This document shows, piece by piece, positions 44,001-59,000 of a stretch of DNA of 64,000 nt (its first letter is position 1; each line of letters starts with the position of its first letter). Origin of the DNA: Phoronis australis (taxonomy: Eukaryota > Animalia > Phoronida). The notes under the pieces are model-generated. The model was not told the origin of the DNA, made no database searches, and worked only from the letters and a program-made list of their open reading frames with translations. The translations under genes and the position numbers were made by a program. The stretch is from assembly GCA_002633005.1 (NCBI GenBank), contig NMRA01000171.1, positions 310,001-374,000 on the forward strand. Reading direction: 5' to 3'.

Positions 44001-47000
44001 TGTAGCTGCTGTATGATACAAGTGAAAGCCACTGACTGTGAATGGTGTTTTGGTGTTGAAGGCATCACCTTCCGTAGTCATTGATTTGCCAATTACATCA
44101 TCGCGTTGTATTTGAATTCATATTATTGGTGATAAATTTACCTGGAAATTCTCCAACTGACGATTGAAACCAAGCCACCTTGACAAACAAGTTACTGGAT
44201 TGGGCCTGTTCTGGGTCAATAGTGACTTAGCAAGTCTTCTCAAACCTAGTATTAGTAGGGAACAAGTTGAGACCAATTTTTTACAGTAAGTGACCTAAAC
44301 CAAAAGTTGGTTTTTACAGAACGTGTAGATTTATTAAATGTACAAATGCTACTGCAAAATTAATGTGATTGTTTGATATATAGCATTTTTGAAATCTTTT
44401 ATGTCTTTGTTAACATCGTGTGTCATTATGTGAGCGTTAGCCTCAGGTGTGGATGGTCTGATTCATCTCGTCATATACTTGCAGAACTCCAAAGCAAGGT
44501 TGATGAGGAGGAAGAGCGGCGCCGCCTGGAGGATATGTCTGAAGAAGAGTACGATGTTATGTCTGAAGAGGAGAAAGCAAGCATTGACCGCAAACGGCTG
44601 GAGATCAAGAGGGAACGCATTAGGCGGTAAGACTCGTCATGTGACCACCGTGTTGTGTCTTATACGTTATACTTTGGGTGTGCCTTGTGCAAAGTGGGTG
44701 ATAGTTGGCCTGATGGACCCTGCTTTATAAGAACGGCCCATTTTATGCTAACTGTAACCATTACAAAACATGCTTTGTAACAAATTGGTGTCCAGTATAG
44801 CAAGCCCTGACTAGTTACAAACCCAAAATATTGTTATGGCTCCAAAGGCACTTCCTATAGGCAGCTCGGGGTTGACCCAAGGTCAGATCTGGGGTTCTAC
44901 CATTATAGCCGGAGCGAATTGAGAATAATTTTTTGTAGTTCAGTTTTGGTGTTCAGCTCTATTTTCTTGTCGGGTATGGACTTAATCCTCTGTTTGGGAA
45001 CTCGTTCTGTATGCAAAATTTATATTTGACTGTTTTATGTGAATTCAAATTACAAATGACCCAGCTGACGTTGCTATTTGCTAACATTGCAGAAACTGAT
45101 GTGCTCATAAGGAGAGGACATCATAGAATTATTTAATGTCTTATGTTCATTTAAAAATTATTGTTGCTAGAATTGATAGCTGTAACTAACAACCAACACA
45201 AAGCAGGTTGGATCTGGCACTACTTTCCACCTGGTTGTGGAAGTATTCTTCAAAGCCGGATTTGGAGTTATCCCTCAAGCTGGCGTTGTGAGTAGCTCAC
45301 CACACGAGCTGGTTATCCTGGGAGCTGTGAAAGTACTTTTGATATGTGGATGTAAAAATATGCAAGATGGCTTTGGAAGTACACCTTGAGCTAGCTGTGG
45401 AAGTACCCTTCCGAACAAGGTCTTGGAGTACCCCTGACCTGGCCTGGGGAGCTGGATATGAGAGTACCCCTATGCCCCTATCTGACCTTCCGAGTAACCT
45501 TCAACTATCTAATGGAATGAAGCCTTGGAGTCGTACAATTTTGGCTTTGTAACATATTGGGTTCACTGTAATACTGGGTTCCGATTTTATGCATCAGCCC
45601 CATTTATTACAAAAATGCCGCAAAACACACTGTAACCTTTGACCTCATCCATTACATTAAAGCAGGCCTTTGTAATAAATTGGGGGCTGGCCTTGAAGCG
45701 TATGTAAGAACAGCCTGTTTGGTTGCTTAAATTATGCTTTGAATGCTCATCTCTGCTTGTTTCCTTGGTGATTTCATTTTATAAAGAACATTTTGTTGCC
45801 AATGTTTTGTTCTAATTTGATCTTCTAATAATTGTTTTAATTAACTTTATAAATGTTTTGTTCTGTCTTATTTACCTTTTAACTTACTGCCTGTGCATCA
45901 TCTTCTAATAGTTTGAAGTAATTGCTTATAAGTTAGCAACTTGTTTTTAAAATATAGCATTCTGACTTTTGGCTCGTAATATTTTATTGTGTCTAACATT
46001 TTCAGGTATCGAGAGAGAAGGTTAGACATAAATTACCTTATTATGATAACTAGACGTAAAGTTTGGTGTATTGTGGGAACATCGCTATAGATTTTATGTT
46101 GATTGTGCCACTGTTTTAGAATAAAGCAATGAGTATTTGGCACGTTTTGCATGAAGGTCAGACTAGGTTACTAACATTATGATGAACTTGATGATATGCT
46201 TAACTTTTTGAGCTGAGTCCTGAACCTAATCTCTGAACTCGGACTTTACTCAGATTCACTCTCGAAATTTCACAAATCACGATGCATGATTCAAACACAA
46301 AATTGCTGTGACTCTACTTGAAGTGTGCCATGCAGCTAGTCAATTTACTTGAAGTGCATTTAAGTAGACCCAGGTCTAGTGTTTGTTTCCTCTAGCGGTG
46401 TCAACAAACCACATTGTTTGTTTCACAAGATGCATCAATTTGTGAAAAATCTGGAGTAGCTCTGATTATAAGATGTCTATATTGTTGTGAATTAAATAAA
46501 TTAGACAAGTGTTGACGAATAGTCATTAGTAGTTGTTGTTTGCATGTCATGCCAGAAGGAAGATAAGGTGATGTAGGACCTTATCGAAGTGTTGGTGCAT
46601 TTAGTAAACTATCTAGAATACTGTAAATTTTAACTGCTCGATTAAAGTATGTATTTTCTGAAAGTAGAATGTCTGTTGAATTTGATTTTTGACTTTTTAT
46701 CAATCTGTTATTGATTGGGTCACATGACCTTGTATTTTTAGTCATATTTAGAAAAAAGATAGCAAATCAACAGTGTCAAAAACATGGTCAATTTGATACA
46801 AATGGTGAAGGTACGAATATATCAAAAACACTGTAACACTTTTCTGAAATATCATTTTGTTTTCATTTTATGCAACTGAAGATTAAAAGGCCCTATTTTT
46901 AATAGCCTCTCATTCAAAAGTGAAAATTTTTTTAAAAAAATATTCTTAACAGTGTTTTGAGAACAATACATAAAGTATAGTTACCTGAAATTTTCTTATT

Positions 47001-50000
47001 AATCCAATCAGCCATTTCTGAGATATTGTGTTCTGAAATTAGCCAAATTTGGTCATTTTTAGGTTCTACATAATCTTAAATGATTATTCTTATTAGACTA
47101 TAACCTTGAGAGTCAGTCTGTGTTAGATTTGAACTGCATGTGCAGTTTTGTACCACAGGCATTACACCTTATTGTGTGTTTTTAACTGTCGAGCAAGTCA
47201 CAGAACAGTTTGTTGTCCATATATTTACAGCACAAGATATTAAATTCTAATTTATACAATCAATGTTAGTTCATGATTGGTGATAAGCTCAGTTATAAAA
47301 TTAGTTACAGGCTCTGTCAATATAACTGTAATTGAGGCTATTTCATTCTGTAAATCTACTGACTGTAATATGTTACACTTATTACATGTCAACTACTTGT
47401 ACATTTCTCAGGGAGCGGGAAGAGAAAGAGCGAAAAGAAAAGGAGGAACGTGAAGCCAAAGAGGCGGAGCTTAGACGTCAGGAGGAAGAAAGGTATGTTT
47501 GACTTTAACATAAAATGTATGAAGGTCTTGGGTTAGCATGAATCTTCACGTAAGGCTAAGAGGTTGTTTTGTCCTCCCTTACTACCAACACAGTGTCTCT
47601 TCACTACACAGTCCATCACTTCAGCTGTGGTCTCCACCTGTTGGCCAATGCATGCAATATGCACCTCATCGTGTCCCAACAATGCACCTAACATACTTGA
47701 GTGACATGATATACTTGTTACTTCATTTCACTTTAAATGAGCTATTTAAGACTCTTGGCTACCAGTTGAATGAAATATATATTCTATGTAATCTGGCAGT
47801 GCAATGGTTTCTGATAAAATTTGTAACCATGATGCAATGTTGAGGACTTCAGAGATTACATACGGAGCAAGTTATTTTCACTGTATGAGTAGGCTAGTCC
47901 ATCAAAAGAGCAAAACATGAAAATTCTTTTTGTTAATGCCATGAGGTTAATGTGCACAGGCATGAAATGGCATTTTGTTCGCCGAACAAATACTTGCGAT
48001 TTGTTTTACAATTTAGACCATCCTAGATATGAGACCTGGCCACTTTGGATGGTCTATCATGACTACATTGTGCTATCGAAGAAGATTTCATTTAACTGGT
48101 TCTTGTCATTTTTGTGGAGTATGAAGTTGTTAGTGAATGTAACACATGGAATGAAAGGAGTTTGAACTTAGTTTATCTGTCTTAAATTTAACGTATTGTG
48201 ACTTTCTCAAGTTGCTGATATAGTGTCAAAGGCTTTGGGCAAGTCACAAAAATGAACCCTGGTTGCAGCCTTTAGCACCGATGCAAAGTGCTCAGACTTT
48301 TTTCCATACATTTTGTGCCGTTACCTTTTATTAATATTATGTAGTCTGCATGTCTGTCTGTCACTGATCATTGCACGTTCGTATTAGTTTCCGCACTTTA
48401 TCCGGATACATGGCCGCTAAGAGGTGAGACCCTGATGGCATTTTGCCGCAGTTCCTTTGCACACCCATGCTCAGTGTTTTTGTTCCGTTTTCTTTTGTTT
48501 TGCCTTGATCCATAACTTTTAACACCTAGTTGATTAGAAACCCACCAAAACTGTACAGTACAATTAAGTAGATCTAATTCCCATTTGTGACTAGAATAAA
48601 GTTGTGTAGAACATATTTAGTGTTGTCCTATTAAAGTTTTAATTGTTAATCAGATAATAAGTTGTGATACTTATGTGAAATTCCTGTCTTCTCTTCTTCT
48701 GTGGTTGTAACCAGCTTGCGTTGCGTTACAAACATTTAGCTTCCCACTACTGTTGTTGACTAGAAAATGTTTTGTAAATCTTTCTGTTTCCAATAGAATA
48801 TACTTCAATCCCATCCCATCTGTGTTGTCACAAAATTTTCGATGTTGATTATTCCAATAATTATAAATCCTTAAAATGTGTCTTTGTTCGTCAAGCAATT
48901 TTTTATAAATCCCGCCTAACAAATTCCTGAGTTCACCAGCCTAATTGTGAATTTCAATAAATATTCGCCACATGATCTGTTGGAAAATGTATAATAGGAG
49001 ATATAAATCATGGCAAGAGCAATTAATAATAAGTCCCTCAAACCTGAGTTATTATTTTGTGGAGTATTTCTTACTCAGTGTTACTTGTTGTGATTTCTTG
49101 CCTATGTAAAAAATTCTGTTGTTCAAATTGTTAGCATAATGTTGCTACAAAATATTCAAGATAATGTTACAACGGCCCTACACTATTGGTTGTGTCCTGA
49201 TTATTTTATTCGTGTTCCAGGAATGTTGTGGATAAGTATGTAAATTAGGGACTAACCTTTTACTGGACATGTCAGAGACAAAAGACAAGGCAAAAAGCAT
49301 CCATTTCCCACTCACATTATAGTTTACATCTAACTAGTGGATCTTTTACTTGTAAGACTATTTCTTAGCACAGTGCTTACCCCAATGATTATGTTTTTTT
49401 TCCAGAATAAATACCAGATAGCTTGCACCATTTGCACTGATCATTTGTCTGTATTATAGGGGTGTGTTTACTTAGTAGATGGCATAGATTTATTGCGACG
49501 CAGATGAGTGCCAGTTCTGGATGATAAATATTAATTGAATGATGATGTTTATGTTGTGTGCAGACTGGCTAAGAAGAAGAACAAGAAGGCAGCCCAGCAA
49601 GGTGATGGCAAGGATGTCAAGAAGAGTCAACAGGGAAAAGTGGGGGCAGCGCAGAGCCAGGAGAGGGTCAGCCAAAAGTCACAAGGGGGCAACAAGGGAA
49701 CTGATGGTGACCACGGTGTGAATAAGACGGCCTCGTCACTGGAGCGACCGGATTCGCACACCACACATGTCAGTGAGGCAGCTGATGGAGACGGAAAGTA
49801 AATACTGTGGCTTTTTTTATTTGTTTAACAAGTTTGCAGATGGAAACATGCTGTGATTTTGTGTTTATTTGAATATTATTAAGATGGTCACTTTCATGCC
49901 AAAAAAATTCCTTGTGTGCATTTTGTGCAAGTTTTAAACTGCATAATTTTATAGTGAAGTTGCATTATGTCTACAAACATGCATAGTAATTAAAACTGTG

Positions 50001-53000
50001 TGCCAAGATATGTCGAAACCCTTGTAGGAAAAAATCTAAGCATAAGGACAACAATTACACCAAGCGCCCCAGTTCTAATGACCCAGGTACCACGGAAGAA
50101 CCTGCCAAAGAACCAATGAAAGAAGCCGAGATCTTGCTGATGCAAAGGTATTGAAACGCACTTTATAACTAAGTAATGTAATATCTGGAGGTACACAGAC
50201 TGTGTTGGTATGTTGGATCTTTGAAGCTTTTGGCAATTTAAAAAACTCAGAGTGAATCAACATTTCTGTAAAAATTCCCATAGCTGCATTACTCAAGCTA
50301 TTGTTGTAGAGACTGCTAATATAAATATAGTAACTACTGTCCTGCAAGAGATGAAGCTCATTTTCAATAGCTCAGGTAGAAAATCATGCAATGTTATTTA
50401 CTGTTTGCCCTTAAATTTTTCGTGAAACTTGAATTATAAGGGAAAGATCTCTCCCATTTGTCTTGAGCGTGACCAGTCTGAACAGACATAGCATTGTCAC
50501 TGGTGGCACTGATGAAAGCACTCTGGCGATACTGCCTTACTTGAGTCATGTTTTTTCATGGCTAAAGGTTCAAGAGTTTCGAGCACACCCTGAAGGATGT
50601 CATAGATATGGTGGAGCACTGGGATAGGTCAACTCTTAGCATCAAGCGACCGGGCACTCCGTCAGAGAAGTCTGATGTGTTACACGATGATCATATCCCC
50701 CACCCTCCATCTGGCAAGAAGGGGAAAGGCTTGAAAGGTTGGTGAAATCTAAAGTGTGTTAGGCTAAAATGTCATTGAATGAAAATGTTATTTAGTGTTT
50801 TTCAGTAGCATATTGTTTAATAATTTCCAAGGAAAGTCTAAATGTTTCAATGCTGCAATACTATTTATAGAAAAAGAAAGACTAGAAAAAGAACGACGTG
50901 AACAAGAGAGGATTGAAAAAGAGAAGGCTGAAAAGGCTGCCAAAGAGGTACGCATAATGTTCTCAGTATCAGTATCTGCTTCAGGTGCTCCTTTGACAGT
51001 CTGAACTTACAAAATATTGGATTATTCAATATCTAAAAATTTTCACTTGTTGCCTGTTAATAATTATTGAACCTGGCCACCTTGTAGCTAGCATATTTTA
51101 GTATCATTGTGTTTTACAAATAGCAATCTTGTCATTGTTGATTACAATTCACATTGCCTAAGTATGTCTCCTGTCTCATCCACACTCTTTATCAACCTGT
51201 GTGGCCACATTTTAGAATTACAATTAGTTTTGTCTGGTACCAATGGTGACTTTTTCCACCTCCTTGTCCCGTCCAGGTTTTATTCCTTCCCAAAAGTCAC
51301 CCTTAAGTGCTACCTTTGTCACCCTTTATTTGACATCACGTGGTGTGTTACTTTCTTCATCTTGTACAATTAATTACTTTGCGTTTACAGGCGGCCGCCG
51401 CTGCAGCTGCCGCAGCTGCTGCTGCAGCGTCTGGTGACACGCCTGACGGTGAAGGGGACCCTGAGGTGTTTGAGCCAGAGAAGGTTGATGATGGCGTTGG
51501 TATACCATTTGTAACTGTCGACTGCAGTGATGAGCAAGTACTGAGTGATACGACCAAGTTTATACTGGATAAGGGAAAGTTTCCTGAACTATCAGAGGTG
51601 TGTTATCGTTGTTTGCAATGGCAACAAGCAAACAATTCTCGTCCTAGTCTAGAGATGATCTTTGTTTCAAACGTGACAAGCTAGTGACTATGTTATAAGG
51701 AATTAATACACAATGTGCAATTGCTCTGTTTACCCATTCAATTATACCAGCAGGCAGCTGTGCTAGCTGACACTTTTGTGGTCAGAACATTTATGGTTCC
51801 ATTCTGTTCAGGTTCTGGATGGTTTAGGTCTTGGCTCCAAAGGACCTCCTATTCCACCCCCTGCAACCTTCGGTGTTGTTCCTTACCCAGTCAAAAGGCG
51901 GGCGCCTCTGGGTGATGGAAATAACCACTACATCTTTGTGGCCTCCTCACCTGATGATCCGTAAGTTAATGAATACAGATTTTTTTCCGCTGCATTTATT
52001 GTCGGCTGCGCGATTTGTATTTTTGGTTTCTTAGCAATATTCGGAAATTAGTTTTTTATTTTCAGCCAGAATAGAAAGGATCGTTACTATTATTGTCAAA
52101 CTCAATATTAAGTTTCACCTACAAATTGTGTAAATCACTGCAACACTTTCAATTGTCTAAAAAAGATTAATTTGTATCATATAAGTACAGCAGTTTGTCA
52201 TCCACACAATGCCTATTCATTGTTAATTTGTGTATTAGATGTCTTGTTCAAGATTGTTTGTTGATTTTACATCACTTTACCTTTTTCTTACATCATTCAA
52301 ATATATGTAGCGCATAAAATCAACCATTTGTCGTATGATTATTTCATCTACTTGGTTGACAACTTTGCCTTTTTTGTGTGTGTGGATGCTCCAATCAAAA
52401 GTGGGGTAAGTTGCACTTAGTGCAAGTTGTTCTAGAGAGATCGTACAACTAGGAATTATGTATTTTCAGTAATGTAATAACAGATGACCACTCCCAGGAG
52501 GCGGAGTCAGAGGAGATGAAAGCCAACACACCTGATAAGAAGGATGAGTCGACCACGCCCACCAGTCGAATGAGCAAGGGTAAAGAGCGTGGCAAGACAA
52601 GTGAGAAAGGTGGGTCATTGAGGCTTCTGCAGAGCTGAGGCATGGAGATGATCATGCGTTGTCACCACAGTATCGTACACGATGTTTTGATGTGTTATTC
52701 AAAATATGCTTTTTGTATTAACGAATTTGCGAGGATGTATCAAAAAAGTGAGCAAACTGAAATGGTGTTTTAAAAACTGAAAAGTTTCAAATGGGTATTT
52801 TGACTCTAGTAGGTGATTTGTTTCAAAAAAAATTGCATGATAGGAATATATACTTTAAAGTAGCAATTTATTTGTCAAACTACATGACATTAAAAAATAA
52901 TTGATTAACATGATTGTACAGAGCAGTCAAGTGTAGTTTCACGTCAAGTTGTATATGATAAACTTTAGGTGGCTTATAAGATGGAACAATTCATTTGGAT

Positions 53001-56000
53001 CAAAATCTAAAACAATACACAACTGAAAAAGTTATAGGCACATTTCTAATATCTAAAGTGCTTCAGGTGCAGGTCACTCAAAGAGCCTATTGATTTGTTT
53101 GTTAAGATGTTGAGCCACCCAAACTGAGATTGGACCTCGGGCTTTAGTTGACACAAATAGTGTGTTTAATACTGTTAATGCAAAATATCCTTTTGGACCA
53201 CTTCCCAGTAAGTTGTGGGGATCATCTGGCAGTGTTTGGTGAATATTTAAGCTACCATAACCTTCCATTGTAGGGGGTGAAGGTAAAAAAGATCTCTCAC
53301 GGAAAGCAAGTGCCACCAAAAAGGGTGCCGGTCGCCGTGGATCTTCCACTGTGACAACCCCACCTCCAGGGGCAGTGACCCCGGGGTCAGAGGTTGAGGG
53401 TCNTGTACAGAGCAATCAAGTGTAGTTTCACGTCAAGTTGTATATGATAAACTTTAGGTGGCTTATAAGATGGAACAATTCATTTGGATCAAAATCTAGA
53501 ACAATACACAACTGAAAAAGTTATAGGCACATTTCTAATATCTAAAGTGCTTCAGGTGCAGGTCACTCAAAGAGCCTATTGATTTGTTTGTTAAGATGTT
53601 GAGCCACCCAAACTGAGATTGGACCTCGCGTTTTAGTTGACACAAATAGTGTGTTTAATACTGTTAATGCAAGATGTCCTTTTGGACCACTTCCCAGTAA
53701 GTTGTGGGGATCATCTGGCAGTGTTTGGTGAATATTTAAGCTACCATAACCTTCCATTGTAGGGGGTGAAGGTAAAAAAGATCTCTCACGGAAAGCAAGT
53801 GCCACCAAAAAGGGTGCCGGTCGCCGTGGATCTTCCACTGTGACAACCCCACCTCCAGGGGCAGTGACCCCGGGGTCAGAGGTTGAGGGTCAAAAGTAAG
53901 TTTTGGCAATGCTCTTTTGTTGATAAAAACATGATGCTGAATTGTCATATCAATTATCGCTTATGGTGTAGCTCTCGATATCTTTTCCCATAGCATCTAT
54001 TGATTGTTAATTATGACAAAATTATGAACTTGATGTTTACTGTGAGACTTGTTAGTGAAGGTGATGATTGTTTCTTGCAGCATATTAACAATAACAGAAG
54101 GGTTAGCCATAACTGATCCTAAGAGCACGACGTAAGTTTACATCGCTATGACACACGATTACATCGCCAACACATCACATGCTTACTAGCGCAAGCAAAT
54201 TAAATAGTTGCAAATTATATGCCATTAATATGTGCAATGCCATGCACTATATGTTTCGTATAACTGAGAGTCACAGCAATCTGAACCCAACGACAGGAAG
54301 AATCGTGTGTGATGCAACGAATGGTTGTAGCCTGTGTTAATACACCCCCTCGCCCCTCATTGTTGCTGCTAATGGAACTTCTTGCTTTCTTCAACCACCC
54401 ACTGTTGTTATTACCCTGTGTGAATGTGGTTCTGTCCAATGCCACTGATCGGTCTGTCAGTCAGCTTCTGGGATCGCTGTTGTAGGTTATTCTACTTTCT
54501 CTTTCCTCCGCTCAAGCTTCGCGTATGTTGTGCGGTAATTACTCGGTTGTTGTCGCTTGTGTGAGTCAGCTTTCATTGAATCATCGTTTATGATTCTTGT
54601 TCGACGTCATTAACTTTCCTCTTGTAATGATAGATAAGTACCCTACATGAATCCAAAGTGAAGGCTATTGTCCTCCCATATTACAATGGTATTTTTATTA
54701 GTACATAGACTTGGATGTAAAGTATACGTGAATGGTATTTTGTAACAGGTAGTGTGTTTGAAGAAACTGAATAATCATTAATGATAAAATTCTTTCAGTT
54801 ACCTCATGGAATGCTTCAGTCTGACAATCTTTTTCTGTATTGCTTTCGTCAAATCTTTTTTCTTGAATAAACCTCTACGTTGAAGTCGGGCTTGTATAAA
54901 AGGGTAGTTCATTGTTTTCTCCCTCTCTCTGTGGGTTAGCTTAGGTAAAGTGCTAATTTGTACAATGTTGGACTAGACTATGGCTGTCACAAACACATAC
55001 GCCGCCCTTTTCCCTTTGGTTTGGAAGTGTTGTTGGACAACAGCCCACTTATAACATGTTAACTATTGTTTGGTATCGCTTGGAGCTATTATTTTTATTA
55101 GAAGTTGTTACTCATGACTAAATCATCAGACGAATACATGTGTTTGAAACTGTTTTCATTGTTGCTAGTTGTAATCATTAGACTTACTAGGCTTTCATTC
55201 AGCTGATTTTTGCAGGTAGTCAGAATTTTTATTGCCAATTTGTTTTGAGTGGTTTGTGATTTGCATGGTTTGCTTCGAAAGCTTAGCATGTATTTTAGAA
55301 ACATTAATTTTTTAACATCATGACTTCATTCTGACTCATATATACATGCATTTCCTGTTTATGATGTTGAACTTTGATTTATAACCTAAATTCTGTGATG
55401 CATCCCTAACCATACAGTGGTGCTCCCTACAGGCTGGGTATATTCCGCTGGGTGGTGCCTGCCAACAGTGAGGTGGTGATGAGACTGAGGTTCCACTCAG
55501 AAGACCTCGGACAGTTTGACCAGACAATGAACTTTGAACTCATTGGTACACGCCGCCGCTACCAACTGTATTGCCGAGGAATCTGTGCGTTCCCAACAAT
55601 CAGTAGAGAGCCGCGGTAAGTAAACATGTCTCATTTGGTAGACTAGGCAGCCAAGTATTTTTGTGGCGAATGATCAAAAGTTTGCTGAGGCATTTTGTAA
55701 AATATCTAGAACATTGAAGAAACTAACTTGCCTTACACAATGAAACTCTTGTTGGTGACTGCTTGTTATACGCAGGTTTTGTATAACTCTTTGATACTGT
55801 TGTTCTATGGCATGGGTTTTATGCTATTCTTCATGTCTATATGCACGTGCTTTGTGACAGTCCCATGGCTTGTCATTCTTGAGTTAGAGATTGAGAATGA
55901 AACTTTTGGTAATTTACACAGAAAATTTTGTTGTTATTTCAAAAAGTTTGGTGTTCATGCTCTTGCTGAAGCTGCATATTCTCGCTTTTATAACAGGTTG

Positions 56001-59000
56001 ATTGCTTTTGGTTTAACCAGTAAGACATGTTAAATCGTGTGTTAAGTATCTGTTTCACTTCATTATGAGGTAACCTGCACTGTGCCATGTGTTATAGAAT
56101 TGTCTTCCCTCATCGTAAGAAGAGCAAGAAGTCTGACGAAATCATTCATAAAAAGTACATATTGACTGATGACATCTTTGAGTTTGGCCCCTTGTTGATT
56201 GGAAAGAATCGTGACCGCTACAAAGATGGCCGTTACCCAGAGAATATGGAGAAACTAACCATTTGTAACACATCACCTCTGGAGTCTGACATCAGCTTTT
56301 GTTTCTTGAATGACAGCAAAGGCGAGACATATCTACTGGACCCACCTAACATGTTGTTGAAGCCTGGGGAGCAGCAGGTATGGTGTGGCGATAAAGGGGG
56401 GTGGTTGTTAAGATTTTGTTGGTTTAATTTTGCACCATGACGTGCTTTACATTAAGTGTTGGTTCCCCTGCCAGGCCTTGGTGAATGTCTTGTATTTCAA
56501 CTTTAAACAGCAGGTTAGGAAACAACCACGGAAATGGAAAGGCAAAAACAGATACAAGCATGCAGTTGTGAGGCTGACTAATACAAGTTTTAACATTAAA
56601 ATGATCAGAATGGCTTTTTATTGAACAACTTGTGATGCACCGCAAAAGTCATCAAGCCACCTGCAATCTTTTTTGAAACTTTCGTTTTGCACACCCCTGA
56701 CTGTGTTATTTCGTGCCATTTACAGGAGCTGTCTATCTGGTCATATCCACGTGTAGCTGGCACGTTTGAGGACTCCATCGTCTGCTGTGTGCGCGAGAAC
56801 CCAGAACCAATTATCTTTAAGATTGTCAGTCACGGTGTCCACCCAGAACTGGAACTGGACAAGAAAGTACTACAGTTTGAGCGTGTCCTGCTGCATCGGA
56901 AGGACACCAAGACTGTGTACTTAAGGAACAGCACCTTGCTGCCAGTTGCCTGGAAACTGAGAGGCATGGAGAGTCTGGGCGATGACTTTTCTGTATCACA
57001 GGATGAAGGCATCATTGAGCCGAAGACGGAATTTGCGCTGCACGCTCACTTCAGGGCCCTTAAACCTGTGCAAACAACAAAGAAGAGCGTACGCCTTGAG
57101 GTATTGGGAGTGTTTCACTTAGAGTTCATTGCGTTAACATGATATTTCACATACTAAGTTTTCATTGAGCTTAAAATTTTCACTTGGAATTTCTTGAGTT
57201 CATTAGTTTCACAATGGAAATCATTGAGCTCAAGAATTTCACTTTGAGTTTAAGAGTCTCTCATGGAGTTCATTTAGTTGATAAGTTTCTTGTGACGTTC
57301 ATTCAGTTCCAGTTGCACTCAAGTTCATTTAATTTTTCACATTAAGTCCTTTGAGTTTAAGTTTCCCATAGAGTTTTCCGAGTTCAGTTAGAGTTTCTCA
57401 TAGAATCTACCAAATTATGTCTTGTAGGCATTAGGTGTTAAACGTCGAATATTCCATGTTGTATTTTTTGGGATTTTTTTTGTCAAAATGAATGTTTTTA
57501 AGTTGTCATAAATCATGAAATATACACAGTCACGTGTCTGCAAAATTATGATCAATCATATGTCAATACTGATTAGAGATAACATGAAATGTACCTTGTT
57601 TTGCTGTCGTCTATGGAGGGATCCTTGAGCATTATGTATGTATGTTCCAGATCTCCGATGTTGAAAACATCCTGGGTGTTGTGAGTGCAGAGATCATTCA
57701 GGTGCATGCGGAAGCGTATGATGTTGCACTGGATATGAGTTTCCCCAAGGGAGCTGACGGTGGTATTGACTTTGGAGTCATCCGTGTGGCTGAGGAAGGC
57801 AGAAACCAATTGACACTGAAGAACAAGGGAAAATACGAGATGGCATTCAAGTAAGATGAATTTTGTCTTTTTACATGTTAAACAGACGATTTCTTTGTTT
57901 TTTATTTCCTTGTTTGTTTTCGTGTTATTGTCAACTTGAAATTTTTAGTTGATTTTATTTTTGGTTCTTACTGTTAGTAGTTAAATGCCCACGTGTAACG
58001 TTCAACTACCAAGTTTCCAAACTTGAGTGGACTATCATTCGGGGCTTGGCTATTCACTGATCCACAGTTCAATCTTTGAACTAAATGCTACTTTCTTTTT
58101 TATATTAGACCATCGCCTATACTTAGCTAAATTTGACCCACCTTGGTCAATCTTAAATGAAATAAGTGTATATGAGCTAATTTAATTGTTCAGGCTTTCT
58201 TTGCTCCTTTACTAACCATTGCTCAGTTAGCTTGAAAAAGGCTACTGGTGAGTAAGGTAAATTAGACTTGCCAAAAATATCTTGACAAACCTTGTTGGTC
58301 TAACCACCTGTTTCAACTGTAAATTCCAGTCTTGGTAAATTTCGTCCCCTGATAACCATTGCTTCTCAAGCTTGAATAAGATTGCTGGTCCGTAACGTAA
58401 TCCAAGCTGATTTTCTTTAGCAAATGCGGTCACCAAGCAAAAGTTGTTTTCTTACCAACTCAAAGGTCAAAGTTATCGTTTCCCTTGCTCTGTTTCTGCA
58501 AGACAACATGTTTTGTGCAGTACACTCAAGCTCTCTAAAATAAAAATGTCTTCTGAGGTGTTATCAAGGCTATGCAAGCTTAGTGTTGAATATTGAATAA
58601 GGTGGGCCCAAAAAGTTTGGATGATATTGCCCAAGCTTGATTAATGTTGTTTTTCCTGTATGCCCAAGATTCAGTAAAAATGGTACACCTTAATTTTGCC
58701 TGTAAGGGTTATCCAGGCTTGATGAATTTTGTATCGGAGTCTTGACATTACGTTTCTTTGCAGTTTCTCTTTTGAGCAAGTGGATCCACATGGTCCAGAT
58801 ATCAACCAACTCTTCACTGTCTTCCCTGCAAAGGGTACCCTGACCCCTGTTGACCGGCCAACCCAAGTACAGGTCACGTTCAAGTCACGTGATGAGGTCA
58901 CCGTCAAGGATCTGCCGATTCTCAAGTGCCATGTTATTGAGCCCAATATTGGTGATGGTGGGGAAACGATTGCCAGTATTCCAGTGAAGTTGTCCGTCCG

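Noticed and set aside
53274-53402. Mutually exclusive duplicate of exon 48
   Set aside because: Identical to the downstream copy, truncated at an N and lacking a donor; best explained as an assembly artefact.
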